Positions 10,055-20,762 of a stretch of 64,000 nt of DNA are shown here, piece by piece. Positions within the stretch are counted from its first letter, which is position 1. Each line of letters opens with the position of its first letter. Source of the DNA: Acholeplasmataceae bacterium (GTDB lineage Bacteria > Bacillota_I > Bacilli_A > Acholeplasmatales > Acholeplasmataceae); contig OY775910.1 in NCBI GenBank assembly GCA_963675245.1, positions 640,001-704,000 on the forward strand, given 5' to 3'. The notes below the pieces were generated by a model that did no database searches, was not told the DNA's origin, and worked only from the letters and a program-made list of their open reading frames with translations. The position numbers and the translations under genes were made by a program.

Positions 10055-11239
10055 TTACGCGTTGATGGTTTGCTTGATTCTAGCAGCAAGACCAGTTACT
10101 TCAGGTATTGTAATACTGCACAAAGCTATTCTTATACCGTTCGCCATTGGGATGACATAAATTCCTTTTTCTGAAAGTTTTTCAAATACTTTCATGGGTT
10201 CGTTAGTCTTTACAATTGTATAAAAACCACTCTTGAAAGGATATGTTTCAAGCCCCTCTCTTTGTGCCTCTTCTTTAAATATTGCACTTCTTTTGGCAAC
10301 GACCTTTTTTGTTTCTTCTAACGCTTTTAAGAAATTTTTTCTAGGTGCTTTTTCAGCGAAAAAATTAAAGAGCGAAATTGAGATGGTCGGTGTCGCAGAC
10401 CACGATCCTCTTGATTCATTTACGAAATTTTTATGGAATGATTCAACAGCGGATTTTGTTTTAGATAAGCCAATTGCAGCCCCCATCCTTAAACCGTAAA
10501 CACCGAAAGTCTTACTGCCGCTAAATGCAATAACTACAAAAACGTGTTCTAAAAGTTCGGTTAGTTTCGAAAGCTTGAAACGCGAATTTTTTTCATGCGT
10601 AAACTCTAAATAGGCTAAATCATACAAAAATATGATGTTATTATTGGTGAAATGGTTTAATGACGCGATTATCTCATCCCATTCTTCATCTGATAGTGTG
10701 TAACCCGTAGGATTGTGACAAGGGTCATTTACAATCACGATAACCTGTTTTTGAATAGTACATAGTTCAGCTAGTCTTTCTCTAAATGATTGTGTATCAA
10801 AATGTCCATCCTTAAATGTGTTGTGTTCAAATAATTTTAATTTTGCTCGATCTGCAAATCGATCATATTGCCATCTTACATCAGAAACAAATATGGAATC
10901 ACCTGGTTTTCCATAAACAGAAAAAGTGGCTGCAATCGCACCGCTACCTCCAGGTGTTGCACATGCTCCAACATACATTTCTTTTGAAATACTCTCTTTA
11001 TATTCTCCTAAAACCCAATTAATTAAATTATCTTTAAAAAGCTTCCCACCATCTACTGTAGGATAAGGTAATAGGTCATTATCTGACATGTTGTGAATAC
11101 GATCCAGCACCACTGGAATACCACCAATGTTTCTCTGTTCATCATAAAACATACCAATGGTTGCATTTACAACATTTGGGTCATGTTTTCTTTTTTCTTC
11201 AGCTTCTTTTGCAAGTTGCAATATGTCTATTTGTCCCAT
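10055..11239 (-). CDS. PLP-dependent class I/II aminotransferase
   Basis: NATIG, TPGGSGA, NDPCHNPTG, DLAY, SGSKTFGVYGLRMG. Confidence 0.88.
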   Translation of the reverse strand: MGQIDILQLAKEAEEKRKHDPNVVNATIGMFYDEQRNIGGIPVVLDRIHNMSDNDLLPYPTVDGGKLFKDNLINWVLGEYKESISKEMYVGACATPGGSGAIAATFSVYGKPGDSIFVSDVRWQYDRFADRAKLKLFEHNTFKDGHFDTQSFRERLAELCTIQKQVIVIVNDPCHNPTGYTLSDEEWDEIIASLNHFTNNNIIFLYDLAYLEFTHEKNSRFKLSKLTELLEHVFVVIAFSGSKTFGVYGLRMGAAIGLSKTKSAVESFHKNFVNESRGSWSATPTISISLFNFFAEKAPRKNFLKALEETKKVVAKRSAIFKEEAQREGLETYPFKSGFYTIVKTNEPMKVFEKLSEKGIYVIPMANGIRIALCSITIPEVTGLAARIKQTINA

Positions 11240-11257
11240 ATTTTTCTCCCATCTAAA

Positions 11258-14200
11258 TTAAGAATATAAAAAATCTTCTAAGAATTTATCGAATAAATAT
11301 AGCCAGTGTTGTCTTTGTCCTTTTGTCGACATCGTCATGTGAATATGTCCTTTCACATAACTTAATCCAATACGTGGTTTAAATACTTGAGCACGTTCAA
11401 ATAATTTCTTTCCGTCAATTTTCTCATTTGCTTCTCTAGATAAAATAAGCGTTGTATCATTTACCCCTACAATCGTCTTATGTGCATAGACTTTTGCTGA
11501 TAATTTTTTAAATAGCTTTTCATACATATATAATAACAAATCTACATCTAAAGCGCCATAGCGGTCAGTGAGTTCGTCTTTCAAATCTTCTACATCTGCC
11601 ACTAAATTTAAATCAGCAATTCTCTTATGAATTTCAATACGAGCACTATCTAAATTAACATATTCTGGATCCACGTGTCTCGCTGCGAAAACCTGTTCGA
11701 CTGTGGTTGGTTTTTCTTGTTCTAAAGATTGTCCGGTAACGGCTTCTTCCAATAATTTCATATAGAGCTCAATACCAACACTGTTAATAAACCCAGATTG
11801 TTCAGCGCCAAGAATATCACCTGCACCACGAATAGATAGATCTCTTAACGCGATCTTATACCCACTGCCAAGTGCTGTAAAATCTTCAATCGCGTGTAAT
11901 CTTTTTTTCGCTTCATCATTAATAATCTTTGATGGCTCATAAAGTAAATAAGCATAAGCGATTCGATCACTTCTACCGACGCGTCCTCGAATTTGATAAA
12001 GTTGTGATAATCCTAATCTATCTGCATCGTGAATGATAAGTGTGTTGGTGTTTGGAATATCAACACCTGTTTCAATGATCGTGGTTGATACTAAAATATC
12101 GTAGCGATGTTCAATAAAATCTGATAACGTATTTTCTAGTTGATCTCGGTTCATCTTTCCGTGAGCATAAGCAATTCTAGCTTCAGGAACTAATTTATTT
12201 AATCGTTGAACGATACCTTCCATGCCACGAACGCGATTAAATAAATAGAATATTTGTCCGCCGCGAGCAATCTCACGTTCAATCGCTTCTTTAATTAATG
12301 CGTTTTGTCTTTCTACAACATATGTTTGAACAGGATATCTATTCAACGGTGGTGTTTCAATCATGGATAAATCTTTTAGACCCATCAAAGACATTTGTAG
12401 TGTTCTTGGAATTGGGGTCGCACTTAATGTCAATGTATCAACGTTTTGTTTACTCTCTCTGATTTTTTCTTTATGTTCTACACCGAAACGTTGTTCTTCG
12501 TCAATAATTAATAATCCTAAATCCTTAAATTTAATATCAGATGATAAAAGACGGTGTGTTCCAATCACAACATCCACGTAACCTTTTTCCAAATGATCAA
12601 GCACTTCTTTTTGAACTTTTGGTGTCACAAACCTACTCATTAAAGCAATGTTCGCACCATACTTATCAAAGCGTTCTTTAAACGTGTAGTAGTGTTGTCT
12701 TGCGAGCACTGTTGTAGGTACTAAGTAAAGCACTTGTTTTTGACTGAGTACAGCTTTAAATGCTGCTCTTAATGCAACTTCGGTTTTCCCAAATCCAACA
12801 TCGCCGCAAATCAATCGATCCATAGGTTTATCTGATTCCATGTCGTGTTTCGTTTGTAGTACAGCCCGTTCTTGGTCTCTTGTAGTTGTATAGATGAAAT
12901 CCCGTTCAAATGCTTCTTGCATTTCTGTATCCTTCGCAAACGAAAAACCTTTACTTTGATCTCTAAGGGCATAGAGTTTTACCAGGCGATCACTTAAATC
13001 TTTAATCTTCATTCTAACGCTGGCTTTTGTCTTTGTCCACGTTTTACCACCAAGCTTTGATAATGCTGGATGAGCACCTTCATAGCTGCTATACTTTAAT
13101 ACCATGTCAATTTGATCCATCGGTACATACAACGCTTCTTCATTTGCATAGATGATATGCAAATAATCTCTTTTTGCACCACTTAACTCCATCGTCTTTA
13201 GTCCAACATATTGACCGATACCATAATCATAGTGAACAACAAAATCACCAACAGATAAATCATCGACTGTTCTTATCTTTGTTGATTGGTTTAAAACACT
13301 ACGATATCTAATCGCCTTACGTGTCCTATAACTAAAGAGTTGTGATTCATCAATCACGATGAGTTGATCATTTGCTGATCTAAATGCACCATAAGCATTT
13401 TCGTTTAACAAATAAAAACCAGGTTTATCTGAAAGTTTTTCATTAAGTTTATCTTTATCTTTAAAAAATGATTTTAACTGTAACCGATAATGTGTATTAG
13501 TGACAAAGAAAATAATACGATAATCTTTTATGTCATACAAAAAATCTTGGTAGCATAACGCAAGATTCCCATGATATTCATTAATATTTGTTACATTTAA
13601 AGATTCTCCTTTATCCCTTGTTAAAGATAAATTCTCAATTTCAATATGTGGTTTTTTCAATTGTCTTGATAATGATATTCTAGCAGGAATGTCTAAAAAA
13701 CTTCTCCCATTCATCGTTACAGCATAGGTGTCCAAATCGCTTATCATGTGTTCTTCATTAATTAGCATCTTAGAGACATCAACAAATACACTGTCAAATT
13801 CAGACGTAAAATCAAACAGCGTCGTTTCTTGTGAATTGAAGAATGGTACATATAAATTAAGTGAGTCAAGATTGTGTCTCATCTCAATTGCTTCTATATC
13901 TGTTTCAAGTTTATCCTTTTCTCGTTCGGATAAAGATTTACCTTCAAAAAACTTGTTGATTTTCTTAATTGCCTTTTGTTTCATCTCATCCGTAAAGAAT
14001 AATTCATGTATTGGTGCAAACTCGACTTTATCAATCGATTGAAAACTCCGTTGTGTATCGACCATGAATTTCTTTATTTCATCTAATTCATCACCAAAAA
14101 AATCAAGACGATAGGGATGTTCGTCATCAAACGTATAAAAGTCTAATATATTTCCTCGGACACTAAATTCGCCGGGATTTTCAACCGTGAATGTTCTTTG

Positions 14201-14656
14201 ATAACCGCCATAAATTAAAAAGGTAATTAAATCTTCCATCTGATATGTTTGATGTACTTCGATTGTTTTTACACTTTTTTTGTAATCTTCTGGTGTGAGT
14301 TGTCGCTGCATAATACCATGCATTGTCGTTATAACAACAAAAGGTTTACCTGTCATTAATTGTTTTAAGGTAAACATTCTTTCACTCTTAAATTCGGGAC
14401 TGCCTAAAGCCATCATCGCTGTTAACGTTTGATCAGATGGGTAAAAGAGAACATCTTCACTAGCAAGCAACTGTGATAACACATCGTAATATTTTTGAGC
14501 TTCATAAAGATTTGCAAGTACGACAAAAATAGTGCGTTTTTGATCAAGAAAAGATTTCGCAATCATATACGCATTATAAGTATCGTTTGAATGTTTTAAG
14601 TATGTTGTCTTATTATGTACTTTCCAAGCTGGATGTAACTTTATAAACTCAAGCAT
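11258..14656 (-). CDS. mfd: Transcription-repair coupling factor
   Basis: CarD-like VVHYDYGIG, GDVGFGKT, DEEQRFG, SATPIPRT, QIRGRVGR, RGAGDILG. Confidence 0.97.
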   Translation of the reverse strand: MLEFIKLHPAWKVHNKTTYLKHSNDTYNAYMIAKSFLDQKRTIFVVLANLYEAQKYYDVLSQLLASEDVLFYPSDQTLTAMMALGSPEFKSERMFTLKQLMTGKPFVVITTMHGIMQRQLTPEDYKKSVKTIEVHQTYQMEDLITFLIYGGYQRTFTVENPGEFSVRGNILDFYTFDDEHPYRLDFFGDELDEIKKFMVDTQRSFQSIDKVEFAPIHELFFTDEMKQKAIKKINKFFEGKSLSEREKDKLETDIEAIEMRHNLDSLNLYVPFFNSQETTLFDFTSEFDSVFVDVSKMLINEEHMISDLDTYAVTMNGRSFLDIPARISLSRQLKKPHIEIENLSLTRDKGESLNVTNINEYHGNLALCYQDFLYDIKDYRIIFFVTNTHYRLQLKSFFKDKDKLNEKLSDKPGFYLLNENAYGAFRSANDQLIVIDESQLFSYRTRKAIRYRSVLNQSTKIRTVDDLSVGDFVVHYDYGIGQYVGLKTMELSGAKRDYLHIIYANEEALYVPMDQIDMVLKYSSYEGAHPALSKLGGKTWTKTKASVRMKIKDLSDRLVKLYALRDQSKGFSFAKDTEMQEAFERDFIYTTTRDQERAVLQTKHDMESDKPMDRLICGDVGFGKTEVALRAAFKAVLSQKQVLYLVPTTVLARQHYYTFKERFDKYGANIALMSRFVTPKVQKEVLDHLEKGYVDVVIGTHRLLSSDIKFKDLGLLIIDEEQRFGVEHKEKIRESKQNVDTLTLSATPIPRTLQMSLMGLKDLSMIETPPLNRYPVQTYVVERQNALIKEAIEREIARGGQIFYLFNRVRGMEGIVQRLNKLVPEARIAYAHGKMNRDQLENTLSDFIEHRYDILVSTTIIETGVDIPNTNTLIIHDADRLGLSQLYQIRGRVGRSDRIAYAYLLYEPSKIINDEAKKRLHAIEDFTALGSGYKIALRDLSIRGAGDILGAEQSGFINSVGIELYMKLLEEAVTGQSLEQEKPTTVEQVFAARHVDPEYVNLDSARIEIHKRIADLNLVADVEDLKDELTDRYGALDVDLLLYMYEKLFKKLSAKVYAHKTIVGVNDTTLILSREANEKIDGKKLFERAQVFKPRIGLSYVKGHIHMTMSTKGQRQHWLYLFDKFLEDFLYS

Positions 14657-14687
14657 GTTTGCTCCTATATAGAATGAAAACCCAAAC

Positions 14688-15257
14688 CTATGTTTGGGTA
14701 TTGTATGTCGTCATGATATCTGTGAATGGTTTGTTATTTATAAAATCATCAATTATATTTACACATGTTAATACAGCGAGATCGATTGATATCGCTTCAT
14801 TTTTAGTGAATGTGCCCAAAACATAATGTTCAAGTGGCATAGATGTATTATTATCAACACCAATCCTCACACGTTTAAACTGGTTTGTTTTAAACAATCC
14901 AACGATACTTCTTAAACCGTTATGTCCGCCATGTCCACCGAATTGTCTTAATCTTAATCTTCCAGTTTCAAGATTAACATCATCAACAAAAACCAACACA
15001 TCATCTAAATCAATATCAAAATATTGTACTGCTTTTAAAATTGCTTGTCCTGATAAGTTCATATAAGTAACCGGTTTAAGGAAAATAACTTTTTCTCCTT
15101 GAATGGTTGTTTGACAAATGTCTGCTTCGAATCGCATATCTAATTTAGGTTTTTCATTCAAGTGCTTTAAATAAGCATCTATCACCATAAAACCGACATT
15201 ATGTCTTGTATTATCATATTTTTTGCCAGGATTGCCAAGCCCAACAACTAACTTCAT
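14688..15257 (-). CDS. pth: Peptidyl-tRNA hydrolase
   Basis: GLGNPG, TRHNVGF, YMNLSG, GGHNG. Confidence 0.97.
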   Translation of the reverse strand: MKLVVGLGNPGKKYDNTRHNVGFMVIDAYLKHLNEKPKLDMRFEADICQTTIQGEKVIFLKPVTYMNLSGQAILKAVQYFDIDLDDVLVFVDDVNLETGRLRLRQFGGHGGHNGLRSIVGLFKTNQFKRVRIGVDNNTSMPLEHYVLGTFTKNEAISIDLAVLTCVNIIDDFINNKPFTDIMTTYNTQT

Positions 15258-16240
15258 TAATCCGCCTCAGCATGTGAGATGCGATCGAATATTTGGCTAA
15301 TTGGTTCATCTTTAATAATATGGAGAATGGATAGTCCTAAAAGTGGTCCAATAGATAGTTGTTTAATTTTTGATGCGTTCGCTTTAATTTCAGCTGGTAA
15401 ACAAATGGTATCTGTAACAACAATTTGTTTGACAATAGAATCTTGTAACATTTGAACCGCGTTACCGGAGAAAACACCATGTGTGGCAGCAACATAAACG
15501 TCTTCTGCGCCCGCTTCTTTAAGTGCGTTTGCACCTGCAATGATTGTGCCACCAGTGTCAATGATATCATCAACCATAATGGCGTTTTTACCTTTGACAT
15601 CACCAATAATGTTCATGACTTCAGCTTTATTTGGCTCAGGTCTTCTTTTATCGATGATTGCAAGCGGCGCATCTAGAATTCTTGCAAATATTCTTGCACG
15701 TGTTACGCCACCGTGATCTGGTGACACAACAACGATGTCGTTTAATTTTTTATGGTGTTCAAAATAATCAGCAAGTAAAGGTGTGGCTGGGAAATTATCA
15801 ATCGGTACGTCAAAGAAACCTTGGATTTGCGCTGCATGTAGATCCATACAAATTAATCTGTTAATACCTGCAACTCTCAACATATCTGCGATTAATTTTG
15901 CCGTGATTGGTTGTCTTGACTTTGATTTACGGTCTTGTCTTGAATAACCATAATATGGCATAATAACTGTTACGGATTTTGCTGATGCACGTTTTAAGGC
16001 ATCGACTAAAATCAACAGTTCCATTAAATGTCTGTTTGCCGGTGATGACGTTGATTGGATGACGAATACATGGTGTCCACGAACACTCTCTTCGATATTG
16101 ACTGTGATTTCTCCGTCTGCAAATTCAACGACTTCAGCTGTACTGATTTCAATGCCTGCTGCTTTAGATATTTCTTCTGCTAGTGGTTTATTTGAGCTTA
16201 ACGCAAATAATTTGGTCTTTTTCCCGAACACAATTGACAT
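15257..16240 (-). CDS. prs: Ribose-phosphate pyrophosphokinase
   Basis: FADGE, YSRQDRK, DLHAAQIQGFF, DDIIDTGGT; likely start ATG 16240 after AGGGGTG. Confidence 0.96.
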   Translation of the reverse strand: MSIVFGKKTKLFALSSNKPLAEEISKAAGIEISTAEVVEFADGEITVNIEESVRGHHVFVIQSTSSPANRHLMELLILVDALKRASAKSVTVIMPYYGYSRQDRKSKSRQPITAKLIADMLRVAGINRLICMDLHAAQIQGFFDVPIDNFPATPLLADYFEHHKKLNDIVVVSPDHGGVTRARIFARILDAPLAIIDKRRPEPNKAEVMNIIGDVKGKNAIMVDDIIDTGGTIIAGANALKEAGAEDVYVAATHGVFSGNAVQMLQDSIVKQIVVTDTICLPAEIKANASKIKQLSIGPLLGLSILHIIKDEPISQIFDRISHAEAD

Positions 16241-16309
16241 GTTAAACACCCCTTTAATTTCTATAATCTATTATACATGATTTTACTGAATATTTTTAAG
16301 CTTAGCATT

Positions 16310-16347
16310 AAAAAAAAGTCTTTTTGCAGACACATGCAAAAAGACTT
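16310..16347 (-). terminator. Terminator after spoVG
   Basis: 13-bp stem AAGTCTTTTTGCA(16316-28)/TGCAAAAAGACTT(16335-47) plus A-run. Confidence 0.75.
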
Positions 16348-16380
16348 CTGTTTAACTACTTAATTTGGCTTTTATTACAC

Positions 16381-16659
16381 CTATTCGCCATCTGATTCAG
16401 GTGATTCTAAAAGCTCTTGATATGCGTTAACGATTGCATCTTCAATCAACTTACGCATTTCACCGTGAATTGGATGTGCAATATCTCTAAACGTGCCATT
16501 CGGTGTCTTTTTACTTGGCATCGCAACAAACAATCCATTTTCTCCCTCAATAATGCGAATGTCGTGGACGACGAAACTATCATCGAAAGTGATGGTAGCA
16601 ACCCCTCTTAAGCGACTTTCACTGTTTACAACTTTAACTCTAACATCCGTGATTTTCAT
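16381..16659 (-). CDS. spoVG: SpoVG regulator
   Basis: MKITDVR, VHDIRIIEG, FVAMPS, DIAHPI; start moved to ATG 16659 after GGAGG. Confidence 0.95.
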   Translation of the reverse strand: MKITDVRVKVVNSESRLRGVATITFDDSFVVHDIRIIEGENGLFVAMPSKKTPNGTFRDIAHPIHGEMRKLIEDAIVNAYQELLESPESDGE

Positions 16660-16724
16660 TATGCCCTCCAAGACGTTTGTTATACCGTAATTATAACATA
16701 ACGATATGGCTAAGTTAAGGTATT

Positions 16725-17546
16725 TCAATCAATTAAGGCTGTTTTGATGACTTTTCTCTCTGAAATCTTCTCAATTTCGTCTAAATTAAGATTTTTTTTG
16801 AAAAATTCGACAATAAATAGCGTTGAACCACTGCCGGTCATGTATGCGTTTTTATAGTGTTTTTTTAGATTCATGTAGGCGTTTTTCAGTGTTTTATCGA
16901 GCGAAAATGCAGTTTCTAATAAATCATTATATGTGTATTTGAAGAATGCTTTGAAGTCCTTATTCTTATATGAAAACAGTAGCGCTTCAAAAGTTGTTTT
17001 ATGGTCCTTTTTGATAAAATTTTCAAATGATTCTCTAGTGGAAATAGGATGATCTGAAATGCATAAATAGATGTTTTTGATAACTGGATTTTCGAGGAAT
17101 TCAAGATGCTCACCACGACCACTGACATAGGCTGTTTTATTGTATAAACAAAACAATGTATCAGAACCTAAAGAGAGTGCTATTTTTTCCATTTCATCTT
17201 GATTTAAATTAAGTTCCCATAATGCGTTCAATCCTCTGATGGTTGCTGCTATATCTGCAGACTCTCCTCCTAAACCACTTCCAATCGGAATATGCTTGTT
17301 TAATGTGATGTGTGCGCCGTGTTCTACGTGATATATTTCTTTCATAAGCTTTGCTGTTTTTAGAATCGCATTATCAAAAATGTGAGTTTCACTTTCAAGC
17401 ATCAATTCTTCTGATGGTTGAAAAGTAAGTATATCAGATAATTTTAGTGGTACAACAATCATGTTTAAATCATGATACCCATCTACTCTTTTACCAACAA
17501 CGTCTAATGCAAGATTAAGTTTCGCATATGCATGCTCAATAATCAT
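16725..17546 (-). CDS. ispE: 4-(cytidine 5'-diphospho)-2-C-methyl-D-erythritol kinase
   Basis: AKLNLAL, DGYH, PIGSGLGGES, LGSD, MTGSGST; start at ATG 17546 after AAGGAG. Confidence 0.9.
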   Translation of the reverse strand: MIIEHAYAKLNLALDVVGKRVDGYHDLNMIVVPLKLSDILTFQPSEELMLESETHIFDNAILKTAKLMKEIYHVEHGAHITLNKHIPIGSGLGGESADIAATIRGLNALWELNLNQDEMEKIALSLGSDTLFCLYNKTAYVSGRGEHLEFLENPVIKNIYLCISDHPISTRESFENFIKKDHKTTFEALLFSYKNKDFKAFFKYTYNDLLETAFSLDKTLKNAYMNLKKHYKNAYMTGSGSTLFIVEFFKKNLNLDEIEKISERKVIKTALID

Positions 17547-18315
17547 ATGGCCAACTCCTTGCAATATTAATAAATGTATTCATATCAATTTGTTCTGCAC
17601 GTACATTTTGATTTAAGTTGTTGTTTTCAAGGAATCGTTTCAATTCGTCTTTGGACACGTTAAATGCTTGATGCAAATTGTTGATTAATGTTTTTCTTTT
17701 TTGCTTGAACGCTGCTTTAACAATACTAAAAAACTTAATTTCCTCATCACCCTGTAATGCACGTTTATCATATTTTTCAATTCTAAACACGGCACTATCA
17801 ACATTAGGAACTGGATAAAACAATTTTCTACTCACATTCATCATTCGCGTCGCTTTAGCATAATATTGAACAAGTATCGAAAGTGCGTTATACGCTTTTG
17901 AATTTGGTACAGCTAATAATCTATCGCTTACTTCACGTTGAATCATTAATGAAGCGGTTTTAATTTGCTCTGATTCTAATAGCTTGAATAAAATAGGTGT
18001 CGTGATATAGTATGGTACGTTAGCCACAACATGAAAAGAACCTTCTGGTATAACTGCGGTCATGAAATCTTCATATTTTATCTCAACGTGATCAAGCTCT
18101 TCAAATTGTTTTAAAAATACACTTAATTGCTTATCGATTTCGTACGCTATAACTCGCTTCGCTCTCAATACTAAAAATTGAGTTAAAGCCCCTTGTCCTG
18201 GCCCAACTTCAATCACGTCTTTTCCATCAATATGTGAGTTTGTAACAATCTTCTCAAGTAAATTCTTATCCCTTAAGAAGTTTTGCCCAAATCTTTTTTT
18301 AGGTTGATGATTCAT
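17536..18315 (-). CDS. rsmA: 16S rRNA dimethyltransferase RsmA/KsgA
   Basis: FGQNFL, EVGPGQGALT, ANVPYYITT, PNVDS. Confidence 0.96.
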   Translation of the reverse strand: MNHQPKKRFGQNFLRDKNLLEKIVTNSHIDGKDVIEVGPGQGALTQFLVLRAKRVIAYEIDKQLSVFLKQFEELDHVEIKYEDFMTAVIPEGSFHVVANVPYYITTPILFKLLESEQIKTASLMIQREVSDRLLAVPNSKAYNALSILVQYYAKATRMMNVSRKLFYPVPNVDSAVFRIEKYDKRALQGDEEIKFFSIVKAAFKQKRKTLINNLHQAFNVSKDELKRFLENNNLNQNVRAEQIDMNTFINIARSWPYDY

Positions 18316-18841
18316 TCATAACCTCTTTTATTCTTTCTTCTGTAATATTAAATAACTCAAGTCTTGTTTTTAACGTTTTCCCGTTTACATGACCCAAATG
18401 GAGTTTATCTGAAACATAATCTCTTAATTTTTTACTATTTCTGTGACCTATCAATCCACACGAATATAAAAAGTGCATTGATATCAGATGTTTATCGTTC
18501 ATTACTAATTGCATATGTTTAAGTGCGTAAAGAATATCATCTTTACTTGCATGTTCAATGCCAATCTTTTTTTGGTTTTTACTGATTGCAAGCTCCTGTT
18601 TTAAAAAAGCATGATGAACATGTTTTAGATCTTTTGATACAATTTGTCTAATTCGCTGACCTGCATAATCGGGATCTGTGAAAACAATAAGATCGTGTGC
18701 TTCATCAAGTGCGTTAATAAGTTTTAACGTTTTATCACTTATGTCACTACCGTTTGTTGTTATGACTTCAATGTCACCTAACACTTCTTTCAGTTTAGCG
18801 GCGTCATGTTGTCCTTCAACAATAAATACTTGTTTTCTCAT
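18299..18841 (-). CDS. rnmV: Ribonuclease M5
   Basis: Toprim IVEG..D, FTDPDYAG..IR, GIEHAS; upstream of rsmA. Confidence 0.92.
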   Translation of the reverse strand: MRKQVFIVEGQHDAAKLKEVLGDIEVITTNGSDISDKTLKLINALDEAHDLIVFTDPDYAGQRIRQIVSKDLKHVHHAFLKQELAISKNQKKIGIEHASKDDILYALKHMQLVMNDKHLISMHFLYSCGLIGHRNSKKLRDYVSDKLHLGHVNGKTLKTRLELFNITEERIKEVMNESST

Positions 18842-20040
18842 TTGTCCTCACGATAAAAGAATTTATGGTCTGTTCTAACACCAGTTAAGATAAGTCCTCT
18901 AATGATTCTCGATTCTTCTTGTAGTGTTGAAACGGTACCATCGGGTAATAAAATATGAATTTGATTACCAAGTTCTTCTTCACTGTATGTTAAGTTCTCA
19001 ATGGTTCTTGACGTTGTAAAATATGAACGTTCAAGATCGTTATATCGCTTTTTGATCTCATTAATCTCTTCCTGATGTTCATCATCATTATCCACATATT
19101 TCCAAATGTTGCGATTCATAAAGTCATCTGAAAGTTTTCTTAAAATATCATCTTTAGTGTCTAAGAAACTGGCGATTAATCCATTCATATAAAAATCATC
19201 AATTTTAATATAACTTTCTAAATCATTTGGATTTTTAATAATGGCTTTCATCGGTTCAATATCAACTTTAAATTCATACCCTTCGAGACAAAGATCTTTG
19301 ACTCGCTTATAAATTTTTTCAAGTACAATCTCATAAGCTCTAGAAACCGGATGATAATATACTTGCCAGTACATATGATATCTGCTAATCAAATAGTTTT
19401 CAATCGCGTGTACACCGCTCTTTTTATAAACGATTTTACCGTCTTTGATGCGCATAACTCGCATGAGTCTATCTAAATCAATATGACCATAAGAAACACC
19501 TGTAAAATAGGCATCTCTTTCAAGATAGTCTAGACGATCAATATCTAACTGACTAGAAATCAATTGTTCGATGAGTGGGTATTTTCTTTTTTTTAAGATA
19601 ACACCTGCAACATCACTTGCAAATGTATCATCTACTTGATCTAAAACACTTTTAAGTTCTTTGTTTTCAATGATTAATCTCGCACCAATATGTTCATGGT
19701 TTGTATGAAAAATATCTTCAAAAGCATGTGAATAGGCACCATGTCCCAAATCATGTAATAACGCAGCACATAAAAGGATAGCTTCTTCCCGTGTGTTCAT
19801 CACATCTTTCAAATCAGATGTTAGTAAAAAACGATGTGCTACCTCATATGCACCCAAGCTATGTGAAAATCTAGAATGTTCTGCACCATGAAAAACCATT
19901 TGTACGCCACTTAATTGTCTTACTCTTCTCAAGCGTTGAAAAATACTCGTGTCGATGATTTTTTTTACAATATCATAATCAACATGAATATACCCATAAA
20001 TAGGATCTTTCATAACTTGTTCTCTTGCTAATTTTTTCAT
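18838..20040 (-). CDS. HD-domain phosphohydrolase (YwfO/dNTP triphosphohydrolase-like)
   Basis: DPIYG, FQRLRR, HSRFSHSLG, LLHDLGHG, DIDRLDYL, VYYH; likely start ATG 20040. Confidence 0.9.
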   Translation of the reverse strand: MKKLAREQVMKDPIYGYIHVDYDIVKKIIDTSIFQRLRRVRQLSGVQMVFHGAEHSRFSHSLGAYEVAHRFLLTSDLKDVMNTREEAILLCAALLHDLGHGAYSHAFEDIFHTNHEHIGARLIIENKELKSVLDQVDDTFASDVAGVILKKRKYPLIEQLISSQLDIDRLDYLERDAYFTGVSYGHIDLDRLMRVMRIKDGKIVYKKSGVHAIENYLISRYHMYWQVYYHPVSRAYEIVLEKIYKRVKDLCLEGYEFKVDIEPMKAIIKNPNDLESYIKIDDFYMNGLIASFLDTKDDILRKLSDDFMNRNIWKYVDNDDEHQEEINEIKKRYNDLERSYFTTSRTIENLTYSEEELGNQIHILLPDGTVSTLQEESRIIRGLILTGVRTDHKFFYREDK

Positions 20041-20076
20041 ATATTCACCACCATGCAAAAAAGTGCCATCAGGCAC

Positions 20077-20667
20077 TTATTCGTTAATTGTGTATGACTT
20101 GATGAGTTCGACTTCATCGCCTGTTCTTAATAAGAATGCACTACCATCATCTGTATCTAAATGACAGTCTAAACGGAATTTAGGGCTAACACGACATAAT
20201 ACGCTATCAAGTATGCCTGGTTTTTCCCCACCGATTTTAATGCTGACTAGTTGACGGTCCTCAACACCAAATTCTTTAGCTTCTTCATCAGAAAAATGAA
20301 TGTGGCGATCTGCAATGATGACGCCTTCACTAAGTTCTACTTGACCTTCTGGTCCAACAAGTGTGCATGCGCCAGATCCTTTAACATCTCCTGATGATCT
20401 TACTGGTGCACTAAATTTAAAACGTAATGCATCACTTTTAGATATTTCTACTTGAGACGCTGGGCGTACTGGTCCTAAGATACGAACGCCACTTAATGTT
20501 TTTCCTTCAGGACTAACAACATCAACTTTTTCGTTAGCTGCGTATTGTCCTGGTTGGCTTAAATCTTTTAAAACTGTTAACTCAAATCCTTTTCCAAAAA
20601 GGACTTCAAGATGTTCTTTGGTGACATGTATATGTCTTCCAGAGATTCCTACTGGTATTTTTTTCAC
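20077..20667 (-). CDS. pduL: PduL-type phosphate acyltransferase
   Basis: SGRHIH, LSQPGQYA, RILGP.R, R.SGD, ADRHIH, HLDTDD. Confidence 0.92.
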   Translation of the reverse strand: MKKIPVGISGRHIHVTKEHLEVLFGKGFELTVLKDLSQPGQYAANEKVDVVSPEGKTLSGVRILGPVRPASQVEISKSDALRFKFSAPVRSSGDVKGSGACTLVGPEGQVELSEGVIIADRHIHFSDEEAKEFGVEDRQLVSIKIGGEKPGILDSVLCRVSPKFRLDCHLDTDDGSAFLLRTGDEVELIKSYTINE

Positions 20668-20689
20668 TTTGTCTTCCTCCTACATACGG

Positions 20690-20742
20690 TGACATTATAA
20701 CATTTCGAGGCTATCATTTCAATTAAATTATGGTAGAATGAG
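20690..20742. promoter_or_regulatory. Back-to-back extended -10 promoters for pduL and the HIT gene
   Basis: TGTTATAAT on minus (20694-20702) and TGGTAGAAT on plus (20731-20739). Confidence 0.5.
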
Positions 20743-20762
20743 GCTAGGAAAGAGGTGTTTTT

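Noticed and set aside
16660..16728. N-terminal extensions in the ORF track (spoVG, serS, gyrB, HD, ispE, S1, NifU)
   Set aside because: Downstream ATGs have proper SD sequences and match family N-termini
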